DNA of 64,000 bases from Chrysomallon squamiferum (taxonomy: Eukaryota; Animalia; Mollusca), in NCBI GenBank assembly GCA_012295275.1, contig CM022665.1, positions 40,734,001-40,798,000 of the forward strand, given 5' to 3'. The translations under genes were made by a program, and so were the position numbers. Each line of letters starts with the position of its first letter. The first letter of the stretch is position 1. Of this stretch, positions 1-13,287 are shown in pieces. Under the pieces are notes generated by a model. That model ran no database searches. It was not told the origin of the DNA and saw only the letters and a list, made by a program, of their open reading frames with translations.

Positions 1-49
1 ATCCAGAGATATAAACATTAAAATATCATACCAGAAAATCATGTAAAAA

Positions 50-230
50 TCACATTGTTTGGAATTGGAAATAGCATAAAATAACATTGTTTGGAATCAG
101 AAATAATGTAAAAACCACACTGTTACATTGTTTGGAATTGGAAATAAAACATTGTTTGGAACTGGAAAATAATTTTAAAATCACACTGTTTGGAACTGAA
201 AATAATGTGCAATGTTGGATTTGGAAATTT
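50..230. repeat. Degenerate minisatellite, about 30-bp unit, about 6 copies
   Basis: Recurring ACATTGTTTGGAA(T/C)TGGAAA(A/T)A core. Confidence 0.8.
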
Positions 231-337
231 AAAGGTCACTGTCTGAAATTCAAAAAAACTTTATGACTAAAACAGTAAATAATATATTTTTTTTTTTTTA
301 AAAGAAGAAAAGCAACAGTTAAATAGAGAAATTCTAC

Positions 338-349
338 CATAGTCATTCC
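338..349 (-). CDS. Candidate 12-nt phase-1 microexon (GGAATGACTATG, giving W-N-D-Y)
   Basis: Strong acceptor TTACTTCTTTGATATCTTTCATTCAG|; completes T|GG = Trp in frame with the 37-nt exon. The donor GTAGAA is weak. Confidence 0.25.
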
Positions 350-659
350 CTGAATGAAAGATATCAAAGAAGTAATATGTTTCGACGTCACTTCACAAAT
401 ATGTGACAGTGTAAACACTTCTAGGCTCTAAAGGTGATATGTAAATACACTGATTCTTCTACTTAATCTGTCAAAGAGCCATTTGTGATTACATTTACTC
501 TCATCAGTGAAAAATTGATCTTTGGTTTACTGAGATAGTTGGTATTCCACACAAAATACCTAGAACCAAAATCTGAATGTGTGAAAATATTATTTTGTTT
601 TTAGTTTTAGCTGTTTGATTTGTAATCCACATCAGGATTCATGCCACTTGAAACAGTAA

Positions 660-1490
660 TATAAGCAGTAATAAATTATATGATTGCAAATAAAAAAATT
701 AACGAAAATAATGTGTGAATTTGTGAAATAACTAGTAATTATTTATATGACTGCAAATAAAAACATTAATGAAAATAATGTGTGAATTTGTTATATAACC
801 AACAATAAATTACACTATTGCCAAAAACAAATGCTAACGAAAATAATATCTGAATTTGGGATACAATAAATAATAAATTATACAATCGCTAATAAAAACA
901 TTAATGAAAGAATGACTGAATTTGTGAAATAACCAATGTTATATATTAAATGAATCACTGTAACCTGATGAATGTAACTGTTATATGTAACATATTATAC
1001 TGTTACCAATATTCACATTAATGGAAATAATCCATGGATTTGCTTTGCAATATAATCAATAACATGTTTTACGTGGTTAACTACTATTACCAATGCATAT
1101 AATAAAATATATAATCTAGAAATGATATAACCAGTGACAAATTATGATATCACAGCCAGAGATATTATAATATAAGGAGTAATACAAACAAAAATAACCT
1201 CTGAAATTTATCATTTAATCAATAAGAAGTTACCTATAATTAAACTGATAAATATATATAAAAATGAAAAGAACCTCTAAATCTATGATGCAGCTAATAA
1301 CATTATGCACGATAAACTACTCTCATTATCACAAACATTAATAAAAAAACCCCTCTAAAACTGAACTTAATCCTTGAATTTATGATATACCAATAACAAG
1401 TTATACATGATAAAATAGGTTATTTTCATTCGTATAATACAGTTAATAACAAATTATACACAATAAAGTAAATGACATCATAACACACAT
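660..1490. repeat. Degenerate tandem array, about 60-bp unit
   Basis: Recurring AATAAATTATATGA..GCAAATAAAAACATTAATGAAAATAATGTGTGAATTTGTGAAATAACC; clear at 660-940 and decaying rightwards. Confidence 0.65.
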
Positions 1491-1495
1491 TAATG

Positions 1496-1790
1496 GAAAT
1501 AACCTCAACAACTGAAAACAACCTCTAAAACTGAAAATAACCTCAACAAATGAAAAAACCTCTAAAACTGAAAATAACCTCAACAAATGAAAACAACCTC
1601 TAGAACTGAAAATAACCTCAACAAATGAAAACAACCTCTAAAACTGAAAATAACCTCTACAAATGCAAACAACCTCTAAAACTGAAAATAACCTCAACAA
1701 ATGAAAACAACCGCTAAAACTGAAAATAACCTCTACAACTGAAAACAACCTCTACAGCTGAAAAACAACCTCTAAAACTGAAATTAACCA
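1496..1790. repeat. 18-19-bp minisatellite with alternating (dimeric) units
   Basis: Alternation of GAAAATAACCTCAACAAAT and GAAAACAACCTCTAAAACT. Confidence 0.9.
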
Positions 1791-2070
1791 CTGAATTTAT
1801 GACACAACCAATAACTAGAAATGTCATTATCACACACATTAATGAAAGAGCTTGTGTTATTAGTTTCTGACTGCAGTAATAGCTGCTTGCTAACAATGAT
1901 GTCTTCAACCTGCTGCCTGTGTTTATCGTGTTTATTTTTTTTTTTTCTTCTTCTTCTTCTCATTAGTTTTACGATAACGTCCATGCACTTCCGAATTATC
2001 TTCCAATGCATGAACATCAAACGACCTTCTGCGAGATGCTCAGTGCCACAGTGTCGTCAGCATGGCTTAC

Positions 2071-2107
2071 ATGTAATTGCATTGTCAGTTACAGCTTGTC
2101 TGTACGT
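2071..2107 (-). CDS. Candidate 37-nt coding microexon (TYRQAVTDNAIT + 1 nt)
   Basis: CACTTACAG|ACGTAC...ATTACAT|GTAAGC. Phase 0 matches the Met-Val exon. It sits in a complex-sequence island (about 1860-2240) between minisatellites, with a TGCATG about 85 nt into the downstream intron. Confidence 0.45.
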
Positions 2108-2254
2108 CTGTAAGTGTCAAACTCAGTAAGTGCTGAACTGGTAGACATGGAAGGCAAACAGATAATGTTTAATTGCACAGTGATAGTGTTCGCTGTGAGG
2201 TGCTTAATGACCTGGCATCGTGTGCAGTTTATTTGTATGAGTTTAGAAACCACT

Positions 2255-2880
2255 TTATTAAGTACTTAAAACCTGCGACATACTATTTTGTGTTCGTTAC
2301 ATTTGTATGTATATTGGTTACAGTGGTATCTATGGTTATATTGGTATGCATGCTGTTTGTTATGTACTGGTATATGTTACACTGGTATGTATGTTAGTTA
2401 TACTGGTATATGTTAGTATATATGTTGGTTAAATTGGTATGTCTGCTGGTTACTCTGTAACCTATATGTTACTTACATTGGTATGTATGTTAGTTACTGG
2501 TATATGTACTGGTTACACTAGTATGTATACTGATAACAATGCGATGTATGCTGGTTACACTGGTATGTATGTTAGTTACACTAGTATGTATGTTGATAAC
2601 AATGCTATGTATGCTGATTACACTGGTATGTATACTGGTTACACTGGTATGTATGTTAGTTACACTAGTATGTATACTGATAACAATGCAATGTATGTTG
2701 GTTACACTGGTATATATGTTGGTTACATTGATGTCTGCTGTTATACTGAAACCTATACAGTGTACATTATAAAGTAGGTTACACTGGTATATAAGCTGGT
2801 TACAATGGTACATGTGGCTGTTACACTGGAATATGTGCTGGTTACACTGGTATACGTGCTGGTTACAACATATGTATGCT
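2255..2880. repeat. 21-bp minisatellite
   Basis: Unit about GGTTACACTGGTATGTATGCT, with periodic GATAACAATGC variants. The unit length is a multiple of 3, which explains the spurious ORFs on both strands. Confidence 0.92.
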
Positions 2881-3241
2881 GTTTACATTTTAATGAATCT
2901 TTTTATGTAAATTCAGTAACAGCAGGAATCCTTTGTAAATCATTAATTCCATTTTTAGTTCTTCCATTTTTATATGTTTTTCTCTTTTTTTATGTTTTCT
3001 GTCTTCTCTGCTGTTGTTTTTTCACTCACTTTCTGAACAATGTCAAGTAAATCGATGAAGACTTCTGTTTAACATGAAAACAAAACATCAGAGTGCTACA
3101 TGTAACCAGAATTAGAATATAACAGCATTTTTAACATTTTATTATTGTTTGAATTATGCATTGCTTTTAATTTAGGATTATTTTGTAAATATGCATGTGT
3201 GAATGTCTGTGTATATGTGCATGTGTATGTGTGTCTGAGTG

Positions 3242-3279
<38 letters not shown>

Positions 3280-4179
3280 GTGTGTGTGTGTGTACACATA
3301 TGTACTTGTGCATATATATGTTTGAGTGTCTATGAAAATATTTGAATATTTATGAATTTCGTCTTAGTAATAACATTTTCCATACATATACAAGCAAAAT
3401 CAGATTAGTCTTATTTATTTATTTATGAGTAAAAATATTATCTGGTATTCAATTTATTTTTATTTTTGTATTATTTATTTATCATAAATCACTTCTGCAA
3501 AGTCTTAGAACAGAATTCTCTGAGAACAACAGTTTTTAAAAAAAATATAAAAAATGACATTATCACCATTACCATCATAAAAACAGCCATTTACATGTCA
3601 CTTTCTGATGACTTTTATTATGAACAATGCAATAAACTTTAAAAAAAACCCAGAAGCTTTCAAAAATCTAGAAGCAGTTATTTCCTGTTCTACATCTATT
3701 GAAAGTAAAGCTTCTGGGTCAAATCCGCTATTAAATTTGCTTTCATTATGATGAATATAACTTCTAAAAACTGAATTTTATTTTTAAAAAATAAAATAAA
3801 TAAAGAAAAAGGACTGAAAATCTACTACATGCACTTGCCCCAGAACTGACAAGCATATAGAACAAGCATTAATTTTTTTTTTTTTTTTAAAACCTATTCT
3901 GTACAAAATACACAGAGATGAGAAGAAAAAAAATATTATGATGAAAGAGAGAGAAAAATAAGCCTAACACCGAGTAATTTCTGTTTAAGAAAATCAATGT
4001 ATGAAAGCAGAAATCAATTGAGTTGTTAAGAAGAGTTACAAATAAGGAATCTGTATTAAGCTGTGCTTCATTATATTTGGGAAACATGAAAGGGCAATTT
4101 GCAGCTGTATGCAGCAGTGAAGATTGATTCAGTTAGAAAATAGGTAATTAGACATCAGCTGTCAGGTAAGCACAATAAA

Positions 4180-4680
4180 TAATGAATCAGTCAACATCAA
4201 TACTAAATAAACCAGTCTGCATCGATAAAAAAATTCTCTGGTCATAATCATTAAACCAGTAGTTCTATCAACATAAAACTTAATGTCTACAATCAACATA
4301 AAAAAAAAAAAATGGCTGGTCACAATCATAAAACCAGTGGTTATATCAACATAAAACCTCATGTTTGTTTCAACATAAACATTTTTTTTTAAATTACTGG
4401 TCACAATCATAACACCAGTAATTTGTATCAAGATCAAATCATTTGTTTGCATCAATATAAAAAAAAATACTAGTTACAATAAAAATTTGTTGTTCTGCTA
4501 ACAGTAGCCACATGGATACATCAACATTTAAAAAAAAAAAAGTAATAAATGCTCTGGTCACAATCATAAAACCATAAAAATTAATGTCTGCATTAACATA
4601 AAAACATGTCTGCATTAACATAAAAAAAATCCCACTAGTTACAGTAATAAAGTCTTCATTTTGTATCAATAAAAAATGAC
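4180..4680. repeat. Degenerate tandem repeat
   Basis: Recurring CTGGTCACAATCATAAAACCAGT and ATCAACATAAAA motifs. Confidence 0.6.
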
Positions 4681-6519
4681 TTGTCTATATAAACATAAAA
4701 AAAAAAAAAAAAAAAACTCTACATCAATATATATAAACTATGGGTCTGTTATGAATATAATTACAACACTAAATATATCAATAAAATAAAAAAACTGTAT
4801 CAATAAAAAACAAGAAAAAAAAGAAAGACAAAACAAAACTATATCAATAAAAAGAAAAAGAAAAAAGCTAATTTACATCAACATATAAAAACTCTGATCC
4901 ACATCAGCAAGAAACCATCAACATGAACATAAAACTACTATTAAAACAGTGCAACTCTATACTTTACAAATCTGTATCAGTGTTAAAAAAATACAGCACA
5001 AGTCTATTTCAGAATACAGTGATAATAATGATAATAATAATAATAGCAGCAGTAATAGTAGTAATATTATCATTAACAAAAACAACAATAATAAGAAACA
5101 TACTCAGACAATACCTGACCACAACAAACTGCCAGTTATAACCAAATTTATGTTTTTCAAGTTCCAACAACTTTTGTCATGAATCTTATGGTATTAAAAC
5201 ATACTTCCTATTTTTTAAAGTTTGACTAAATGTTTTTGAGGTGTTTTTATTTTTTGTTTCTTTGGTCCCCCCCACACACACACATGCATATTAGTATATT
5301 CATGTATTAGATTCTAATATGTATGCAGATGACACACATTTTTACAAAAGTAACTATACACATCCATCTCAATTACAGCACATAATTTGTCAGCAAATAT
5401 ATTTTCATGGCAGGTAAAATATCATGTTTAATGACAAATGGGAATAAAATGAAGATAAATGTTTATCATTTTATGAAACCCAGCTTTTATAACTGCTAAA
5501 AACAGACAAATAAACTAGATATAAAAATCACTTTGTCTATCTGATCACTTAATTTAAAGTTTTATCTTTAAATATATAATTAAATTCAACGAGTTACAGT
5601 TTGGTTATGTCTGTTTTATATTCTAATCAAAATGATTATGTTACAAATTATACACTTTATGTTTTGATGTAGATTTAATTAAACTGTCCTTTAATACTAA
5701 TTTGAGAAACAAATTGGGTTATTTTTTGCTCTGTATTCTAATAAACTCTTTTATGTTTCAATTTTTTATTTCATTTTTGGCTGTTGTTCTTGTCATTCAG
5801 TCTTAGTAATAATAAAGTATAAAAACAAAAGAGTACAGTTTAAAATTTATTTGTACCATTTTAACAAATCAGTCATTTCATTTTAAAATTTAAAAAAAAA
5901 AATAAAAAAATAAAAAAATCAATCAGCCATCCATTTTGAAAAATGCATATATATTGGCTAAAGGTTCAAGCATATTTGTACTGGGCATTCAATCAATGAT
6001 CCACTGTTCAATATTAGAAAACTAGTCAGACAGAAGACATGAGGCAATAGTCACACACCTTTCCATTTAGCTGTTATTAAGAAGAGATCCTAGTATCTGC
6101 CAGCCAGAAACCAGTGGCTTAACCACTCTGTTTAAGACTAATTTGGAGTGGACAAGATCAATGGATTCTCTATGTACATCTATTACTTACTGTGGTCAGT
6201 GGTTGACAGGCAGTTAAATCTATCAGAAAATCAATTTACACAATTTGCTACTTTTGCCGATGTCCAACTGAAGTTCATTAGCTCACAATTATCCATGACA
6301 GACCAATCACTTCATTTTTACTGTAGACATTAAAACCCATCATTTTTTTAAACATTATACTGCCTTAGACGCGATCAATACATTTTATGTAACCTGGCAT
6401 CTTCTTGCAGTACTGTTCACACTTTGGAGTCATTGTGTTTCAGTGCCCCACAACAGACATATATATATATACGTTCATACTGAATGTTTATTCAAACATA
6501 TTTGCATGATGATCAAATG

Positions 6520-6654
6520 AATAAATAAATGAATGCTTAACGGCATTTTAATACTAACAATTAATATAAAAAAATTTTGTTATATTGTGAGACAGGACAT
6601 CTGATGATTTCATTCTATGGGTTACTCTCATTAACGACCAGCAAGGTTACATAC

Positions 6655-6655
<1 letters not shown>
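6520..6655 (-). mobile_element. SINE 3' fragment, reverse orientation
   Basis: ATGAATGCTTAACGGCA...ATGGGTTACTCT...CAGCAAGG matches the reverse complement of the recalled SINE tail. Confidence 0.35.
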
Positions 6656-6697
<42 letters not shown>

Positions 6698-7480
6698 TGT
6701 ATCCTTTCTCTTTCTCTCTCCCCCTCCTCTCTCTCTTTTTTCTTTCTCTCCCATGTGAACGTACATACAAAAGTAATATTTTCCTGCCTACGGGAAGATA
6801 CAAGTAAAAGAACTCTTATTGCTAACAGAAAATAATCATCCTGCTTGTGTCAATGGGTTTCCTCTTTGATAATCTATTATTGCCTTTAACAAAATATAAT
6901 GAAAGAAGAGCAATATGTGTTGAGTGTTATCAAATAAAATATTTCTTCTGTCCTCAAGTAACAAAGCTGCAGTCTTTTATAAACCTCTTAGCTACAGCCC
7001 ACTTTTGTCCAGTGGTCAGTGACAAATGGACAGTTAGAAGTAACAGAAAATCAATTCAAACAATTTGTTTTTATCTCTATTCCTTGTCTGTCATTTGTTT
7101 TCTTTGTTTTCTTTGTTTTCTTTGTTTTCTTTTTACTTCTTCTTTTTGTTTTTATTCTTTTTTAAATTTATTTATTTATTTCGTGTTAACATTCTGCTGC
7201 AAAGCATATGTCACAGTAACCTAAGATGGCCTGCAATTAAATAATGTTCCAGTGAGTTAGAAAATAGCCATTTCTCTTTTTCACCTTCTTCTCCAATAAA
7301 CATTTTGTTATTGATTCTGGCAACCCAGATCTCAGAGAACGAACAAATAGAATTATCACTTGGCTGTTTCGTTTTGGGTTCCAAATTGCCATAGACAGGG
7401 CTTCTACAAAACCAGACATGATGTGGAACTTTTGTGTGTGATCACCGGTTTAGGTAATGGCCAGGGGCTAATAATATTAA

Positions 7481-7486
<6 letters not shown>

Positions 7487-7550
<64 letters not shown>
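7487..7550. repeat. (GA)n microsatellite
   Basis: Perfect dinucleotide run. Confidence 0.97.
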
Positions 7551-7553
<3 letters not shown>

Positions 7554-8639
7554 TGATAGAGAGAGACATAACAGAAAGATTGAGAAATTGAGTAAAAGAC
7601 ACAGAGAGACAGGGAGTGAAAGAATGGCAGAATGGCCTAGAGAAAGAGAGTGAAAATCTTGCACACAGAGAGAAAGAAAAATCAAAACAAAAAGAACAAG
7701 GTTTAAAAATTAATGATACAAAAACATTTAGAAATAAACTCCACCTCAGTGATAATAAACTGAAACAAAAACATAGAACTGAAACTATACAGTAAAACGT
7801 ACAATGGCCAGAAGTCTCCTGAAGTACAGAACTGAATATCTTATGTTAACTTAATTAAGATCTAGTGACATGCCTTTGAGGAATTAATTCTCAGAATATA
7901 TACATTTTTTATGTCACACAGTATTGTGTTTTTGTAAACTTAGATATTTATTCAATGAATTTGCCAACAAAAAAAAAGGAGAGAGACAAAGAAAGAAGAA
8001 AAATATTTCAATGGTTAAGTCAGATATCTTAAGATATTTTGCTGTGTTTTGAACTTAGACAATTTTCTATTATATTTTATTATACAGAGAAGATTTATTA
8101 ATAAGTTTCTGTTTGCGATGCTGTAACTTATAATATGATTACCTGGTTTGTATGTGTATTTAATAAATATGTGTGTGTGTGTGTGTATGTTTGTCATACA
8201 TGTTTGTATGTGTGTGTATATATATATGTAAATGATTATGAAAATCTAAAGACTTTCATTTTCCAAAAACACCAAAAAAAACATTCTTAATCAAGCTCTG
8301 ATTAACTTCATTTGTAATATATTCATGTCATCCCTGCTGATAAGACTTTCACCAGAATTCTTTAAAAAGTATTTAACAAAATACAGTAATATTTTGTAAC
8401 TGGAATAGTGATTAAATGAAGATGAGCACTGTATGACGATGTGAACAAAATTAGTTTTACAAAACACTGCATTGTTCTCATGTCAGTGACCAGAATAAGT
8501 CTTAATCGTTACATTTTTTTTTTCTTTTCTTTTCTTTTTTGCTAGAACAAAAAGAAGAAAAATTGATTTATTATAAACTCTAGGAAATCTGAAGAGGTAT
8601 TAGCCGTATTAACCTTTTGAATACCTTTAGTTATCTCTC

Positions 8640-9380
8640 TGTATTAGTATGATTTTGACTTTTCTTATGCCTACAGGTACCAGTTTCATGGTCAAAACAT
8701 TAAGTTTTAACAGAATCTTGGGAATATTATGTAATATTTCTGTTAATCCAAGACAGTTCCTAGATATTCTAACCTCTAAAGCACATTTTTAGTGTCAACT
8801 ATATTTATTGGTCATATTAACTATGGTGACTTCTTTTAAGATCAAAGTAATCTGAACTGTAACAGAATCATCTGAATATCACATCATATTTTCATCAATT
8901 CTGTATGTAATCTTAAGAGTAACTTTAGTGTATACTATAATTACTGGTCATGATTTTAACTTCCCCTGTACCTGAAGGGACTTCTTTCATGGTCAAAATA
9001 TACTCAGTTATAACAGAAACGTCAACATATCGTATTTATGTTTGAGTTAGTCCAGTAAGATTCCTGGATATTCTGAACTCTAGAGTATGTTTAGTAACCA
9101 CTTTATTTACTGGTAATGATTTTGACTTCCCTTGAACCTACAGTTACCAGTTTTGTGAACATACCATACCGAGTTAAACAAAATCTTCAGCATATCACAT
9201 ATTTTTATCAGTCCTATGTGTTGTCTGGGTATTGTAATCTCAGAGTAAATTTAGCAACAGCCATATTTATTAGTCATAATTTTCACTTCCTTTGTTGTAC
9301 ATACAGTAATGTCAAAATATACTCAAGTTATAACAGAATCTAAAAAAGAACGTATCATGTGTTTGTCAGTCCTGTAAGAT
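8640..9380. repeat. Degenerate tandem array, about 150-170-bp unit, 4-5 copies
   Basis: Recurring GGTCATGATTTT(G/A)ACTTCCC...GGTCAAAATATACTCAGTTATAACAGAATC...ATATCACAT...CCTGGATATTCT motifs. Confidence 0.65.
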
Positions 9381-10457
9381 GTATGCTCTTATAATACATC
9401 AGCAAAAATATAAGATAAACAAAATATAAACCAATAACAGAAAAAACAAGAATTTTTTTCTTTCTTTTTGTTTTTTTTTTTTTTTTTTTTTTTTGACAAA
9501 TATCATTTTATGTTTTCCAGTCAAATTTTTGTTATTTTATTTTTCTCCCATAACTCGAGGGTCAATAGTTCTCAGTCTTAATAACAAGGAGGATATTTTC
9601 ATGACACTTGTTATCACTTTAATATACACCACACTCATTAGACACTGTCAGGTGGAGGGAGGTTTTTGTCACAAGTGTCAACAATGTCTGGACAATCAGC
9701 GCTTTTCTGACACCTGCAGAACGATCATGAAAATAATGGTCTGGAGAAGTCTCTGAATCTAAATGTCTTGTGTGTGTTATCGATATGCATGTACATACAT
9801 GCACACATTTATTCATATACATACACGCATTTATTGATACACACACACATTTTTATTAACACACACACACACATAAATGTATATGTGAATGTCAGTGTAT
9901 GTTTGTGTTTGTGTGTGTGTGTGTATGCACTCATGTGCATGTGTGTATGTGTGAATGTGCATGTGTGCATGCATGCATGCATAGTATAGTGACCAAAAAC
10001 ACACTTGTCTTGCTTGTATAAGTAGGTTTGTGTGTTTGCACAGTTTGAATATGTATGCAAGTCTCAAACTGTGTATGTACGTATCTACACGTAAATGCAT
10101 ATATTAATGAATACATTACGTAACTGTATTAATGAATAAGATGTACATGTTTTGCATAAACAGACATAAAAGTACATTTCCTCTGACTCATTATTAAATG
10201 ATTACAACAACTCAATAACTGCTTCATCGCTGCAGCTTTTCCCTACTCACAACAAACAGCTTAACAATAAATAACCCACCCCACCCCCTTAAAAATCAAT
10301 GACGCATCGAGCGATGTACACATGCCACACAGGAAGAAAGAACAAAAACAGAAATTAAAATAATTCTCTCCTCTTTCCACTCTAAGCAAGTTAATTAAAT
10401 AAATATTTTGCCACAGACTTGGAGAGATCACCAACTGTCTGTAACAGGAAGACTCAC

Positions 10458-10724
10458 CACCATGGATTAGAACTGCATACTACTGTCTTCCAGTTGGTAT
10501 ACACACACCACATGATAATCACTATTCTGGCTTCATCGATTAGTATTGATGTTCCTCTGGCCCTCCAGGACAGCACTGATTTGGCGAGACCTTTTGGAAG
10601 TGTTTATCTTTAATGTGGGCTAACTCGTTTCTGTCACCGATTCCGAACTGTGCTGGATCAAGCCCCCATCAGAAATAATTAGCGAAGACAGCTTGGAGAT
10701 TGTCAGATCCAGGTTAAATTGGAT
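10458..10724 (-). other. Candidate 267-nt mostly non-coding exon ending in a putative start (ATG GTG = Met-Val) of a downstream minus-strand gene
   Basis: Minus strand reads TATTAACTTTTTGGTTAG| at the acceptor and ATGGTG|GTGAGT at the donor. It is a high-complexity, GC-richer island among repeats. There is an in-frame TAA just upstream of the ATG and no frame is open across the exon. Confidence 0.55.
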
Positions 10725-10749
10725 CTAACCAAAAAGTTAATAAGTACAG

Positions 10750-11470
10750 TATCAATATAATTTTTCAGTATTAATACAGTGTTAGCATCAGCATAATTTC
10801 AATATTAATACAGTTTTAGCATCAGTATAATTTCAGTATTAATACAGTTTTAGCATCAATATAATTTCAGCATTAATAGTATTAGCATCAATATAATTTC
10901 AGTATTAATGCAATATGAGTATCAACATAATTTCAGTATTAATGCAGTATGAGTATCAACATAATTTCAGTATTAATGCAGTATGAGTATCAATATAATT
11001 TCAATATTAATGCAGCATCAGTATCTGTATAACACAGCTTTATTAGTAGTATATCTTCATTTTTAATATTAATATATTTGTATTAGCACTGGTATGGTTT
11101 TAACTGGAACATAATGTTATTAATATAAGCTTCATTATCAGAATATCTTCATTCTTAATATTAATATTTTTTGTATTATCAACTTAATATGGCTTTGACT
11201 GTGACACCAGTGTAAATTCAGTATTAACAGAGTTTCATTATCAGTCTGTCTTCATTCTTAACATTAATATATTTGTATTATTAACGTGACATCGGTATGG
11301 CTTTAACTGCAACATAAGTGTAATTTCAGCATTAATACAGTTTCATTATCAGTATATCTTCATTTTTAATATTAATATGTATGTGTTATTAACTTAATAT
11401 GGCATTAACCGTGACACTAATGTAATTTCACTATTAATATAGCTTCATTACTATTGTTAACGTTAATATA
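10750..11470. repeat. 29-30-bp minisatellite grading into a longer degenerate repeat
   Basis: GCATCAATATAATTTCAGTATTAATACAGT repeated about 9 times (10750-11030), then recurring TTCATTATCAGTATATCTTCATT.TTAATATTAATAT blocks. Confidence 0.85.
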
Positions 11471-13127
11471 TTTTATTATCCCATTAACTTTATTACATTT
11501 ATGACTGAAATGTCTCCTGTATTGATGTAGCATTATCATCCAATTAACTTTGTTATGGTTATGGCTTAACAGACTTCGTAACTTCAGTAGTGACACAGCA
11601 TCATTATCAGTTTAATTTCAGTCTCTAATTTTCACTGTTTTACTTTGCCCGCTGACAAATTTCCTGTTCTAGCTGGGTCTCTACAACTCATGAATTAAAA
11701 GTGTATTAAAGAATGCAAAAAGAAACTGATAAAATTCTATTTTCATCTTTAAATGTCTCATCTACGTCTGCATTATTATTTTTTTTACTCTCACACATCC
11801 AGGGAATTCCCTACTAACAACAGGCTTACATTCAGATCAATTGGATGTAAATCAAAATGGATGATATTTCACAATTTATTTAAGATTATTTGTTAGGAAA
11901 TATTACCCCATTTTCTTTTCTTTTTTTTTATCTATTTCACTTCTATGGTAACAGAGTGCAGCCAGACAGGAAATATGAAACGGAAATGAATCATGATATT
12001 TTAAAAATATTTTCTCTCATTTTTCTTTTTCTTTTTCTTTCTTTCTTTCTTCATTTATTTATTTATTTATTTAATATTTTGGTTTTTTAATGGTTTTATT
12101 TGTTGTCAAGCTTGTCAGTAAACACAGATGTAAATCACAAAAGCTGTGAGTAGAGGACTAACTGAAGACAATAAATCTTTTTTGAAAAATAACTCATGAT
12201 GTGCTAACAGCAATATTCCTCTTTCAGTGACTCAGCTGCATGTTATGTTCTCTTTTATATACATATAAAGAAAACCTACACTATACCCAGAATTTTGAAA
12301 ATAAAACACATTTAAAGAAATGCAGATGTCTCCTATAGTCATTTTACTTATCATTGTATACCAAAAAAAAATATTCTTACAACAAGCAATTCAACCACAG
12401 AAATTAGTATTAACACCAAGTTTAATAATTATTATATAAAATATTTAAATATCTTCTAAAAAGCTTTCATCAAAATTTATAAGAGTTTAAAAAAAAATGT
12501 AGGCATATCCATGACACTGATGTTTCTTATCAGATACATTACGACATTACATCTACTGCATTATGACAATTTAAGTCAAATTTTTAAAATAATAAATGCA
12601 AAATAAACAAAAATCTAAAATCTTCTTTTAGTTGATGAAAAATGGTTACAGTGGATGTAAATGATTGTATTAGAGAATTAATACACGGAAGATGTAACTA
12701 AACTGATATACAGGATTCATGGATGAAAACAAGAATTGTATAACTAAGACATATGTTTATTGTAAATTATTCTTTTCATAATTGCTCACATTCACTGAAA
12801 GTTCAATCACATCCAAACTGGGCACATTTCCAAATGAACTGGTGAATTTATAAACCATATGTGCTTATATATATATATATATATATATATACTAACTAAT
12901 ATAGTTTGAATGTCAAAAAAAAATAATATCTGAAACATTGTTATAACCCATACCAAAATATACTAGTGAAATAAATATTATCTGTATCTTTACCAAATAT
13001 ATGGATTTGTGCAGTCTGAAATACACAAGTCAATGCATTTATCTTACATAAGAAATGTTCTACTCTGGGCAGCCTTCATGTATATGTTGCCAACCTAACA
13101 TTTGTTTTTAATTTTCTTTATTATCAG

Positions 13128-13129
<2 letters not shown>

Positions 13130-13200
<71 letters not shown>
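13130..13200. repeat. (CA)n microsatellite
   Basis: Perfect dinucleotide run. Confidence 0.97.
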
Positions 13201-13202
<2 letters not shown>

Positions 13203-13256
13203 ATATTCTTTTTATTAATTCAACACTTCAAATTTTTCCTACACAATACTATATTC

Positions 13257-13287
<31 letters not shown>

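Noticed and set aside
1443-3050. Repetitive ORFs (YTGMYVS, LVTLVCM, FSFVEVI)
   Set aside because: Translations of minisatellites, open on both strands, with no splice context.
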